NCBI GenBank assembly: GCA_964646415.1
Contig: CAZYEL010000001.1
Span: 394-64,393 of the forward strand
DNA: 64,000 nt
Source of the DNA: an uncultured Candidatus Saccharibacteria bacterium
GTDB taxonomy: Bacteria > Patescibacteriota > Minisyncoccia > UBA6257 > 2-01-FULL-56-20
Direction of reading: 5' to 3'
The notes under the pieces were generated by a model. That model was given only the letters and a program-made list of their open reading frames with translations. It ran no database searches and had not been told where the DNA came from. Every line of letters begins with the position of its first letter. The stretch's first letter is position 1. This document shows positions 46,749-55,528 of the stretch, piece after piece. The position numbers were made by a program, and so were the translations under genes.

Positions 46749-47186
46749 TTAGCGATTACTCCCCATGGGTTTTACTATCACATACCGATCTTTCCCTTCT
46801 CCCACGCTCTCGGTGGTTACCTCCGGATGCACGGCAAGCGCCATGTGCACAATCCGCCGCTCGTATGAATTCATCGCGGGAAGAGACACTTCGGCTTTCG
46901 TGGTGTGTACTTTCTTCGCGGCCGCTTTGGCGAGCTCCGCAATCAAGTTCTCCCGCTCCTGCCGGTAGTTGTTAATATCAAAGACCACCGCCGGCGCATC
47001 GTGCTTTTTCCCCACAAGCTGCACGACGTGATTCACGCTCGCCACAAGTATTGGAAGGATTTCCTTGATAAGCGCCTCATCCTCATAAATAAAAACGGTG
47101 CCTCGGTTTTCTTCCTTCACTTCAACATGGAAGTCGCGGAAGCCCATCCGCTCAAAAAGTTGTTGTACAAAAGTTTGGAAATTCAT
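46749..47186 (-). CDS. jag: Jag/KhpB-family RNA-binding protein (KH + R3H)
   Basis: R3H motif 'MNSYERRIVHMALA'. Conserved position downstream of yidC. Confidence 0.8.
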   Translation of the reverse strand: MNFQTFVQQLFERMGFRDFHVEVKEENRGTVFIYEDEALIKEILPILVASVNHVVQLVGKKHDAPAVVFDINNYRQERENLIAELAKAAAKKVHTTKAEVSLPAMNSYERRIVHMALAVHPEVTTESVGEGKDRYVIVKPMGSNR

Positions 47187-47304
47187 CCCGTTAGAAGCAG
47201 GCCGCGGTTTTCCCGCTTTGCTGATAATTGTGACTAATAATCATAATTTGGTAACTTTTTGAACTAATCGCATCTCGTCAAGCGACTGCGGCTTCTAACG
47301 GGGT

Positions 47305-48015
47305 TCATGTCTGTTGGTGTGCGAGCTGCCGATTCACAATGAGCTGCTGCACGATTGAGAATATCGAGCTCACCGCCCAGTACAAGCTCACTGCGGCGGG
47401 GAACTGCCAGAAAACAAAGAGCGTGATAAGCGGTGCGATAAACATCATGTTCCGCCCCATCCGCTCGGCGTCACTCAACGCCTCTCCTTCCCTGCGCTTG
47501 GGGAGCGCCAGGCGCCCTTGTATATATTGGGCGAATGCCGCCAAACCCACCATGAAGATACTCTGCTCGCTTAGATTAATCAAGCCGAGGAAGCTCGGGT
47601 TGAGTGCTTCCGGCGCATGCACAAAAGCGTATATCGCCTTGGCAACTTCCTGGGGATTTAAGATGCCGGAGAACACCTGGTAGAGCGCGATCAAGACCGG
47701 CAGCTGTACGAGGAGTAAAAGGAATCCGGAAAAAGGATTGATGCGGTGCGAGCGGTAGAGTTCCATCATCGCTTTCGCCTGCCGTTCGCGATCTTTCGGA
47801 TGCTGCTCCTGGATTTTTTTCATCTCCGGCTGCAACCGCTGCATCACCGCCTGGTGCCGTACGCTTTTATGAAACAACGGGAAAAGAATGACCCGGATGA
47901 CAATGGTGAGAAATATGATCGCAAGCCCTAGGTCTTGGAAGGCGAGGGTGTTGTACAACGCCACAAGCGCATTCAGGAGCGGCTGATAGAAAAAAGTGTC
48001 GTAAAGATATCCCAT
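47305..48015 (-). CDS. yidC: membrane protein insertase YidC (short form)
   Basis: 236 aa with 5 TM helices and 'IIFLTIVIRVILFPL'. Position rnpA-yidC-jag. Confidence 0.85.
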   Translation of the reverse strand: MGYLYDTFFYQPLLNALVALYNTLAFQDLGLAIIFLTIVIRVILFPLFHKSVRHQAVMQRLQPEMKKIQEQHPKDRERQAKAMMELYRSHRINPFSGFLLLLVQLPVLIALYQVFSGILNPQEVAKAIYAFVHAPEALNPSFLGLINLSEQSIFMVGLAAFAQYIQGRLALPKRREGEALSDAERMGRNMMFIAPLITLFVFWQFPAAVSLYWAVSSIFSIVQQLIVNRQLAHQQT

Positions 48016-48035
48016 GTATAGCTAGCTTTTCAGCT

Positions 48036-48371
48036 TTAAGGTTTGGGGGTTAGTGCGAAAACTTTCTCCCGGACATGATCGAGTTCCGCGCGGAATTCCT
48101 GGCGCGAAAGCCGGGCGGCGGGGCGGGAAAGAATAAACACGAAGTCCGAAGGCAAACCTTTCCATTGCCGCACGTGCGCGAGCAGCACTCTCTTCAATAC
48201 GTGTCGGCGGACGGCGCGGGAGTCCACGCTCGTGCTTATCACCGCCCCAAACCGATTATGCGAGAGAAAATTACTCCTTGCTTTCACCGCCATAATGGAA
48301 GAGGCGTAGACGATCGGCATGCGCGAGCGCATAAGCGATGGGAGGGGAGCTCGTAGCCGCCTCGGGAGCAT
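48036..48371 (-). CDS. rnpA: ribonuclease P protein component
   Basis: 'FGAVISTSVDSRAVRRHVLKRVL' is the RnpA RNR-like motif. It lies between rpmH and yidC. Confidence 0.75.
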   Translation of the reverse strand: MLPRRLRAPLPSLMRSRMPIVYASSIMAVKARSNFLSHNRFGAVISTSVDSRAVRRHVLKRVLLAHVRQWKGLPSDFVFILSRPAARLSRQEFRAELDHVREKVFALTPKP

Positions 48372-48389
48372 CAGCGGAGCGCCTGCCTT

Positions 48390-48524
48390 CTACACGGCGA
48401 GGCGCCGCCGCTTCTTAAGGCGCCGACGACGCAACACTGCCCTTCCTCCCGGCCTCCGCTGTCGCGCAAGGAAACCGTGCGTACGGGCCCGCTTCTTCTT
48501 TTTCGGCTGGTAGGTCCGAGACAT
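48390..48524 (-). CDS. rpmH: 50S ribosomal protein L34 (44 aa; below ORF-track cutoff)
   Basis: Manual translation gives [44 protein letters not shown], the L34 consensus (TxQP...RxHGFxxR...GRxVLxxRRxKGRKxL). Confidence 0.8.
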   Translation of the reverse strand: MSRTYQPKKKKRARTHGFLARQRRPGGRAVLRRRRLKKRRRLAV

Positions 48525-48789
48525 TGCCCTATACTATCATGAGCCGCGCTTTCTGCCAACCCCTCGCCGGTCAGAAAACGCGATATGCACAGAAAGTCCC
48601 CAAACCTCCCCCCGGTCCCTTTTGACGACTCTCTGTTTCTCCATACAATTAACCACATCAGCCGCTTCTCCTCCCTCCTACGCTCATGCGGCTCTTCCAA
48701 AATATTCCGCGCATTGTCTGCCGCATCCATTTTGCCTTTCTTTCACCAATGAAAAAACAAAAAGTCGCGATTGCGCATCTTCTCGTACG

Positions 48790-50151
48790 ATGAGCCTCGA
48801 AGAACTGTGGCAATCAACTCTTGCCGAGATGGAAGTGCAGCTTTCGCGGGCGAATTTTTCGACCTGGCTCAAAAGCAGTAAGCTTGTGGATAAGCAGGAT
48901 GGGACTTTCTATATCGCCCTTCCCAACAATTTCGCTAAAGAATGGGTGGAAAACAAATACCATAAAAATTTATTGGGGATTATCCGCAACTTTGATACCA
49001 CTGCCCGCAAATTGGAGTTCGTGGTTGCCCCCCACCACCTTGAAGCCGGTCCGAAAGCAGAATCCATGGCGCACCATCCGCAACGAATAGAGGCGAACGT
49101 AGGAGGGCTTGACCTCAAAATCGACCCGGAGTCGAATCTTAATCCCCGGTACACGCTCTCTTCATTTGTCGTAGGCCCTTCGAACGAGCTTGCGTTCGCG
49201 GCTGCTTCCGCGATTGTGAACGACGTCGGAAGAAAATATAATCCGTTTTTCGTGTATGGAGGCGTGGGGCTTGGAAAAACCCACCTTATCCAGGCGATAG
49301 GGAACGAGATAAAACTAAAGTACCAAAACGCGGTGCGCCCAAAATATGTTTCTTCCGAGCGTTTCACGAGCGATGTGGTGTGGGCAATCCGCAATAAACG
49401 GATGGAGGATATTAAGAAAAGATATCGCGATGTAGATATCCTCATTATCGACGACATCCAATTCATCGGAGGGAAGGAAAAAACCGAGGAGGAGTTCTTC
49501 CATACGTTTAACGCGCTTTACGAAAGCAATAAGCAGATTATTATTTCTTCAGACCGGCCGCCACAGTCCATCCCCACGCTTGAAGAGCGGCTCCGTTCCC
49601 GGTTTGAAGGCGGGCTTATCGCGGACATCAGCTACCCGGAATATGAGATGCGAGTGGCCATCATCAAAGGCAAGCTCCAGGAAATGAACCAAACATTGCC
49701 CGATGGGGTGGTGGAAATCGTCGCGAAACGGGTGAAGAAAAACATCCGTGAACTTGAAGGAATTCTCAACAAAATCCTCTTTTATCAGGAGAAAAAACAA
49801 GTACAAATCTCCGAGGCGGCTGCGGAAGAAATTATAGAAAAATCAGCGCAAAGCCTCGCCCGGCGCGTGACGGACACCCAGATTCTCAAGGCGGTTGCGG
49901 AGTTTTTCAACATCAACATAACCGACCTCCTTAGCCACAACCGGAGAAAGGAGGTTGTCGAGCCGCGGCAGATTGCGATGTATCTTCTTCGGGATATGTT
50001 GGAGTTATCCTACCCATCCATTGGGGAAAGGCTGGGGAGAGACCACACCACTGCAATACACGCGTACGAAAAAATCAACAGAGATGTGAACAAGTTTGCA
50101 CTCCTTAACCAGAAGATCCTCATGATAAAAGATGTGGTTCGTAAGGGTTAA
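48790..50151 (+). CDS. dnaA: chromosomal replication initiator DnaA (start MSLEELWQ)
   Basis: The N-terminus 'LWQSTLAEMEVQLSRANFSTWL', AAA+ 'GGVGLGKTHL', 'IIDDIQF' and the C-terminal DnaA-box-binding domain. Confidence 0.95.
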   Translation: MSLEELWQSTLAEMEVQLSRANFSTWLKSSKLVDKQDGTFYIALPNNFAKEWVENKYHKNLLGIIRNFDTTARKLEFVVAPHHLEAGPKAESMAHHPQRIEANVGGLDLKIDPESNLNPRYTLSSFVVGPSNELAFAAASAIVNDVGRKYNPFFVYGGVGLGKTHLIQAIGNEIKLKYQNAVRPKYVSSERFTSDVVWAIRNKRMEDIKKRYRDVDILIIDDIQFIGGKEKTEEEFFHTFNALYESNKQIIISSDRPPQSIPTLEERLRSRFEGGLIADISYPEYEMRVAIIKGKLQEMNQTLPDGVVEIVAKRVKKNIRELEGILNKILFYQEKKQVQISEAAAEEIIEKSAQSLARRVTDTQILKAVAEFFNINITDLLSHNRRKEVVEPRQIAMYLLRDMLELSYPSIGERLGRDHTTAIHAYEKINRDVNKFALLNQKILMIKDVVRKG

Positions 50152-50295
50152 TACACACCTCATCCACACAAACCTTTTCTTTCATCCTTTATCTTCTATA
50201 CATTATCAGCACTTATCCCCATATCCACAGGACTAACAGTATCAACAGTAACAATAATCTTATTCAATTAATCTAATACTACTCTACTTACTACT
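50152..50295. other. oriC candidate (DnaA-box cluster plus AT-rich unwinding element) in dnaA-dnaN spacer
   Basis: TCATCCACA (50160-50168), TTATCCCCA (50213-50221) and ATATCCACA (50221-50229) are each 8/9 matches to TTATCCACA. TTATCAGCA and GTATCAACA are 7/9. An AT-rich 'aataatcttattcaattaatctaatact' follows. Confidence 0.55.
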
Positions 50296-51405
50296 ATGAA
50301 GACTGTTGTGTTGCGTGCGGGGATTATGGAAGCGATTTCGACGGTGGGGCGCGCTGCGGGAGGCGACAGCCTTCCCGCGCTCAAACACATACTCATCGAA
50401 GCCCAAAATAATAAGTTAGTATTTAAAGGGACTAATCTTGAGATAGCCATTCAACACAGCGTTTCCGCGAAGGTGCTCGAGGGGGGGAAGGTGACTGTGC
50501 CTGCGCGCGCTTTCGCCGAGGTACTCGCCGCATTGCGGAGTGAGCGGATTAATCTTGAGCAAAAAGGCGATAACCTTTCGCTTACTTCCGATAATTACCG
50601 CGCGACTTTCCAGGGCCTTCCCGCCGAGGACTTCCCCCTCATTCCCAAAATAAAAAACAACAGCACATGCATCGAGTGCAAGGCGGGTTCCTTGCGCGAT
50701 GCGCTTGGCGCTGTGCTTATTGCAACGGAGTTTTCCGATCTCCGGCCCGAATTAAACAGTGTCCTATTTCACTTTTCCCAAGAGCGCATAGTGCTCGCGG
50801 CAACCGACAGTTTCCGTCTTGCGGAGCAACAAATCCCGCCGTCACAGTTCTCTGCGAGCGGAGTCGGGGAATTTCGCGCATTAATTCCTCTCAAAACCAG
50901 CCAAGAACTCCTTCGTTTGCTGGGAGAGCAGGAAACGGTGAAAGTGTGCGCGGACGAAAACCAGATTCTCGTAGCCGCAGGCGCGGCGGAGTGCATTTCT
51001 CGCCTTATTGACGGAATATTCCCCGAGTATTCCGCCATTGTCCCCACATCGTTTAAGAGCGAGCTTGTGGTGGGGCGCGAAGACCTTGTTGAAGCAATAA
51101 AATTAGCGGGCGTATTCAACGACCGGAACAGCGAAGTCAGATTCGCATATATGCGGGAAAGAAAGGCGCTTGAGGTAAGCGCCGCCGCTCAGGGAGTGGG
51201 GGAGAATGTGTATGTTCTTCCTGCGGCCATCAAAGGAGAAGACGGGGATATTTTATTCAACGGGCGGTATGTGAGCGATATGTTGCGGGTAGGACGCGGC
51301 AGCGAAATCTTTTTGGGGTTAAACGATGAAGCCGCGCCCGCTCTTCTCCGGTCCCAAGGGGACGCGTCGTATTACTACATAGTAAAGCCGATACTCAAAA
51401 CCTAG
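50296..51405 (+). CDS. dnaN: DNA polymerase III beta sliding clamp
   Basis: 369 aa with a three-domain clamp architecture, immediately downstream of dnaA. Confidence 0.9.
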   Translation: MKTVVLRAGIMEAISTVGRAAGGDSLPALKHILIEAQNNKLVFKGTNLEIAIQHSVSAKVLEGGKVTVPARAFAEVLAALRSERINLEQKGDNLSLTSDNYRATFQGLPAEDFPLIPKIKNNSTCIECKAGSLRDALGAVLIATEFSDLRPELNSVLFHFSQERIVLAATDSFRLAEQQIPPSQFSASGVGEFRALIPLKTSQELLRLLGEQETVKVCADENQILVAAGAAECISRLIDGIFPEYSAIVPTSFKSELVVGREDLVEAIKLAGVFNDRNSEVRFAYMRERKALEVSAAAQGVGENVYVLPAAIKGEDGDILFNGRYVSDMLRVGRGSEIFLGLNDEAAPALLRSQGDASYYYIVKPILKT

Positions 51406-51407
51406 TC

Positions 51408-53888
51408 TTAGCGGTAGAAGATAACCTGCGTTCTTGCAATCATCCCATTTTCATCAGTCGCTTCCATTTCCAGAAGATTTTGCTGTTTTGCATTTGCGAG
51501 GGGGACAGTGAAGATAATTGGATTCTCCGCGGAGAACGGGCCGCGAAGATTTTCAAGAAGTTGTCCGTTTAAGCGGATGCCTATTCCCTGTGCGCTCCGT
51601 GAACCCGAAAGGCGCGCGCGGAGCGGGGAAGAAGCGCCTTGCAGCACGTCGCCGTTCCGGGGGGTTTCGATGGTGAGTTGCGCGAACCCCAGCGAAGAAG
51701 AAGCGGCGAGTAAGGTTCCTGTCGTGTTGCCCTGCCGGTTATATTCCGCGAAATCGGGCATGTTGCTTGCTGCCCAGCGCAGCACGCCCGTTTCCCAATT
51801 CTCAAACTGGGGGTCTTCCGCGGGGGCCTGTGGCGGCGGGCCGGTTGGGTCGCTCCGGTCTACGTAATAGAGAATGGAATGGATTTCGCGGTTTGCGCGG
51901 TAATCTCCTGCGAGAATCGGTTTTACCGGAGCAACGGGCTCCGGACGGGGAAAAGTTTCCACTGGGAAGTTCCGCGACGCATGCGCCGCCTGGAAGAATG
52001 CGCTCCATATGGGGACTGCCGCAAAAATACTCGTGCCGCTCTTGTGCATGGGCGCGTTGTCGTTGCTTCCCGCCCACACTCCCACCGCAAGCGAGGGCGT
52101 GTATCCGATCGACCACGCGTCGCGGTAGTCGTTTGAAGTTCCTGTTTTCATGGCAACGTCCCGATCGGAGAGTATGGTGTATGACGTGCTGTTGCCGAAA
52201 AGTTTCCGCCGCGCCTCAACGTCGCTTAAAATATCGTTCACGAGGCGGACATACTGCGGGTCAACGACTTGCTCGGAGGCATCTTGGTACGATTCAATAG
52301 TCACTCCTTTACTGTCTTTTACTTCAAGTACGTATGTTTGCGCATGCTTTATCCCGTCGTTCGCAAGTGTCGCGTAGGCACCGACAAGGTCGCTTAAGTG
52401 CACCGCCCCGCCGCCCAGCACGAGGGAAAGGCCGTATTCGCCAGGGTCGGTAAGCGTGGTGATGCCGAAGCGGCGGGTGTTTTCGAGGACGTCGCGTATG
52501 CCCGCAAGGTAGAGGAGCTTCACCGCAGGGAGATTCCGCGACATCGCCAAAGCTTCGCGGAGCGGCATCGGCCCGCGAAAAGAGCCGTCAAAGTTATGGG
52601 GATGAAAACAGGTTGTCACGGTGCTCGAAGCAGCCTCGTTTTCTTCGGCGGGGACTGCTGGACAATCGGGGTCGCGCGCCGCAAATTCGGTCGACACATC
52701 GAAAAGCACCGTGTCGGGCGTGTATCCTTTTTCGAACGCGGTGAGATACACAAACGGCTTCAGAGCCGATCCCGGTTGGCGCAACCCTTGGGTGGCGGCG
52801 TTGAAGTTCCCGTTGTGTTCGGTGTCGAAATAATCACGGGAACCGGCGAGCGCAAGGACGTGACCAGTTTTCGGGTCTTGCGCGACAAGCGCCGCGTTGT
52901 CGCCCCCGTACAATTCTTGGTTCCGTTGCGCTCCTTCGCGCACCGCGGCTTGTGCAAGTTGTTGTAAGTCCCAATCCAGCGTGGTGAGGACCTGAAGTCC
53001 TCCCCTTTGGACAAGGTCCTCGCCATACTTTTGCGTGAGGTAGTCTTGCGCAAGCATAACAAAATGAGGCGCCTTAATAGTCTGCCCTTGCGGCGCGAAC
53101 ACCACCCGCTCCTTTTGGGCAGTTAGGTATTCCTCTTCGCTAATTTTCCAAAGACTCCGCATCTTTTTCAGGATGAACTGGCCGCGCGCAAAGAGTTCTT
53201 CGCGGTGGGTCCCCCACGGCGAGTAGTAGGTGGGGGCTTTAGGGAGGGCGGCGAGCACCGCCGCTTCCCCGAGCGTGAGGTCCTTTGCAGTTTTCCCGAA
53301 GAAGGTTTGACTCGCCGCTTCTACGCCGTATGCGGTGGGCCCGTAGGGGATCTCATTCAGATACAGCTCCAAAATTTGGTCTTTTGTATACTGGCGGGCG
53401 AGATTGGTTGCAAGGATAAGCTCTTTAAGTTTCCTCGTGATGGTTTTTTCCGGAGTGAGGAACGCATTCTTGGCGAGCTGTTGAGTGATGGTGGACCCTC
53501 CCTGGACAATCTCGCCGCTTTTCAAATTCGCAAGGAGCGAGCGGACTATCGCTTTCCAGTCGAATGCGGGCTCGTTGTAAAAGTTGTCGTCTTCCACCGC
53601 CACGGCTGCATCTTTGAGATATTGAGGGACGTCCGCAATTGGGATTATGGTCCTTCGCTCGCCGGCGCTGATTTCATAGAGAAGCACTTTGCCGCTGCGG
53701 TCGTAAATTTTTGTGGATTGAGCCACCTGCCGGTGGAGCATTTCTTCGACTGAGGGAAGGTTCCTTTGAAGTGCGGAGTATGCGAAGAACCCGGCGATTA
53801 TTGCGAGCGCAACTCCGCTGAGGGTGGCGATAAGAGCGCGGAGCGCCCACGTGCGAGCTGAAGATGCGCGGCGATGGCGGGGAGACAT
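51408..53888 (-). CDS. class A penicillin-binding protein (PBP1A-type transglycosylase/transpeptidase)
   Basis: GT51 motifs 'EDDNFYNEP...GGSTITQQLAKN'. Transpeptidase 'SALKPF' (SxxK), 'SRN' and 'KTGT'. Extra C-terminal domain. Confidence 0.9.
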   Translation of the reverse strand: MSPRHRRASSARTWALRALIATLSGVALAIIAGFFAYSALQRNLPSVEEMLHRQVAQSTKIYDRSGKVLLYEISAGERRTIIPIADVPQYLKDAAVAVEDDNFYNEPAFDWKAIVRSLLANLKSGEIVQGGSTITQQLAKNAFLTPEKTITRKLKELILATNLARQYTKDQILELYLNEIPYGPTAYGVEAASQTFFGKTAKDLTLGEAAVLAALPKAPTYYSPWGTHREELFARGQFILKKMRSLWKISEEEYLTAQKERVVFAPQGQTIKAPHFVMLAQDYLTQKYGEDLVQRGGLQVLTTLDWDLQQLAQAAVREGAQRNQELYGGDNAALVAQDPKTGHVLALAGSRDYFDTEHNGNFNAATQGLRQPGSALKPFVYLTAFEKGYTPDTVLFDVSTEFAARDPDCPAVPAEENEAASSTVTTCFHPHNFDGSFRGPMPLREALAMSRNLPAVKLLYLAGIRDVLENTRRFGITTLTDPGEYGLSLVLGGGAVHLSDLVGAYATLANDGIKHAQTYVLEVKDSKGVTIESYQDASEQVVDPQYVRLVNDILSDVEARRKLFGNSTSYTILSDRDVAMKTGTSNDYRDAWSIGYTPSLAVGVWAGSNDNAPMHKSGTSIFAAVPIWSAFFQAAHASRNFPVETFPRPEPVAPVKPILAGDYRANREIHSILYYVDRSDPTGPPPQAPAEDPQFENWETGVLRWAASNMPDFAEYNRQGNTTGTLLAASSSLGFAQLTIETPRNGDVLQGASSPLRARLSGSRSAQGIGIRLNGQLLENLRGPFSAENPIIFTVPLANAKQQNLLEMEATDENGMIARTQVIFYR

Positions 53889-53933
53889 TGTTATCGTATT
53901 GTAGCGTGACAGGGTCGGGCTTTCAAAACGAAA

Positions 53934-53960
53934 CCCCGTCCCGCAGTATGCGGGACGGGG
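53934..53960. terminator. strong GC hairpin (11-bp stem) between small acidic ORF and PBP1A start
   Basis: 'ccccgtcccgc agtat gcgggacgggg'. Confidence 0.4.
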
Positions 53961-53981
53961 TAAGAACCGCCGAGGGAACCC

Positions 53982-54164
53982 TTACTCGTTCAGTCCGAAG
54001 CGGTCCTCTTGTCGCTGCCCTCCTCCTTCTTCCTCGCGTTCCAAGCCTTCTTCCGAGGGGAGCGTTGTTTCTTCCAATTCGTCGTCGAATGACGCGAGGC
54101 CGTCGTTCTCGTCTTCTTCGTCGCTCAAGCCCCGCGACAACTTAAATTGATGAACCCGTTCCAT
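53982..54164 (-). CDS. small acidic hypothetical protein (60 aa)
   Basis: The only long frame in the ruvC-PBP spacer. It is followed on the same strand by the hairpin at 53934-53960. Highly acidic low-complexity sequence, so it could be non-coding. Confidence 0.25.
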   Translation of the reverse strand: MERVHQFKLSRGLSDEEDENDGLASFDDELEETTLPSEEGLEREEEGGGQRQEDRFGLNE

Positions 54165-54261
54165 GAGTAGTACGTTTTTTCCGACCTTTCAGCGTACCAG
54201 ACCCAGTCTTATCACTTTGTTATAGAGGAGTCTATTCTGTTGTCAATCCCCAGACATCCCA

Positions 54262-54804
54262 TTATGCCACGAATGCTTTTGTAAGGTGTGCAACAAGCGC
54301 GATGGCGAGCGCATCGCTCGCGTCATCAATCACGGCGAGCGCGGGGCAATTAAGCACAAGGCGCACCATCTTTGCGACGGCTACCTTGTCCGCAAGGCCA
54401 TACCCGGTGAGGTGCGATTTTATTTCTCCCGGGCCGAACTCGGCGATGGGAAGGTTGTGTTCTGCGGCGGCAAGGAGAATAACGCCCCTCGCTTGCGCCA
54501 CCGCAACCCCCGTTTTCTGGTTCTTCGTGATGTAGAGCTTCTCAACAGCAACCCCCGAGGGATGGAACTTCCTAATCATCGCATCCATCCCTTTCTTGAT
54601 ATCCAGGAGACGCAGGTACGCGTTCTCGCGGCGCACCGGGAGAAGCCCCGCGGAAAGGAAGCGGCATTCGTTGCGAGTGCTCTCTATGACGCCGTAGCCT
54701 GCGCGGTGCGTGCCGGGGTCGATGCCGAGGATAACCATAAGAGAATTTCTAATTATTCTAATTGACCTAATTTCTAAAGAAATCCCAATGAATGAAAATC
54801 TCAC
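54262..54804 (-). CDS. ruvC: crossover junction endodeoxyribonuclease RuvC (probable start MVILGIDPGT at 54738)
   Basis: 'ILGIDPGTHRAGYGV' and the catalytic Asp/Glu pattern. Conserved yebC-ruvC adjacency. Confidence 0.85.
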   Translation of the reverse strand: MRFSFIGISLEIRSIRIIRNSLMVILGIDPGTHRAGYGVIESTRNECRFLSAGLLPVRRENAYLRLLDIKKGMDAMIRKFHPSGVAVEKLYITKNQKTGVAVAQARGVILLAAAEHNLPIAEFGPGEIKSHLTGYGLADKVAVAKMVRLVLNCPALAVIDDASDALAIALVAHLTKAFVA

Positions 54805-54840
54805 GTTGAGACATTCGTGCTTGGGATTTACTTAGGTTAA

Positions 54841-55371
54841 TTAGGATTTTGCATTGGTGTACACTTCCTGCACGTCCAGATGCTCTTCAAGCGTGGCGAT
54901 GAGCACGGCGAGTTTCGCTGCATCTTCCGGCGCGAGGGAGAGGGGGAACGTTGCGTGCCGCCCCCCCTCTTTTTCTTCAAATGCCCATGTGACGCTTCCT
55001 GGTTCCGCCCATTTTCCCTCATGCGCGGTAAGTACATGCTTCACTTCGGAAACGGTTCTGTTGCGGTTGTCCGTCGTCGCTTCGATGAGGAGGGCGGTGC
55101 CGCCGGGACCGTATGCCTCAAAGAGGAGTTCTTCGATTGCGTCGCCGGCTTCGCGAGCTCGCCCAATGGCCCGTGCGATGTTCTCCGCAGGCACATTTTC
55201 CGCGCGCGCTTTTTCAACCGCAGTCCGCAGGCGCGGGTTGAAGTCCGGGTTTGGGTCCTTTTTCGCCGCCGCGGTTATGAGCGCGAGAAGCTTTGAGAAT
55301 ACGACCCCTCGCTTTTTGTCCGTAATCTCTTTTTTGTGCTTGATACCCGCCCAGTGGGAATGGCCTGACAT
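54841..55371 (-). CDS. yebC: YebC/PmpR-family transcriptional regulator (short form)
   Basis: 'MSGHSHWAGIKHKK' is the YebC N-terminal signature. Confidence 0.8.
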   Translation of the reverse strand: MSGHSHWAGIKHKKEITDKKRGVVFSKLLALITAAAKKDPNPDFNPRLRTAVEKARAENVPAENIARAIGRAREAGDAIEELLFEAYGPGGTALLIEATTDNRNRTVSEVKHVLTAHEGKWAEPGSVTWAFEEKEGGRHATFPLSLAPEDAAKLAVLIATLEEHLDVQEVYTNAKS

Positions 55372-55528
55372 ACTGCCAGCATAGCCGGAAAGTTCTAAAT
55401 TTCAAATCCCAAATTCCAAAAATCTCAAAACCAAAACCTCCAATTACTTCAAACTGTGCGCCGATCATTCGGTTGGAATTTGGAGCTTGGGGATTGGAAT
55501 TTGTAAGGTGTGGGGTATAGTGGGAAGA

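Noticed and set aside
53982-54164. Treating the 60-aa acidic ORF as a confident gene
   Set aside because: It is kept only as a low-confidence feature. The composition is almost pure Glu/Asp/Gly and it may be a non-coding spacer, even though a hairpin follows it.
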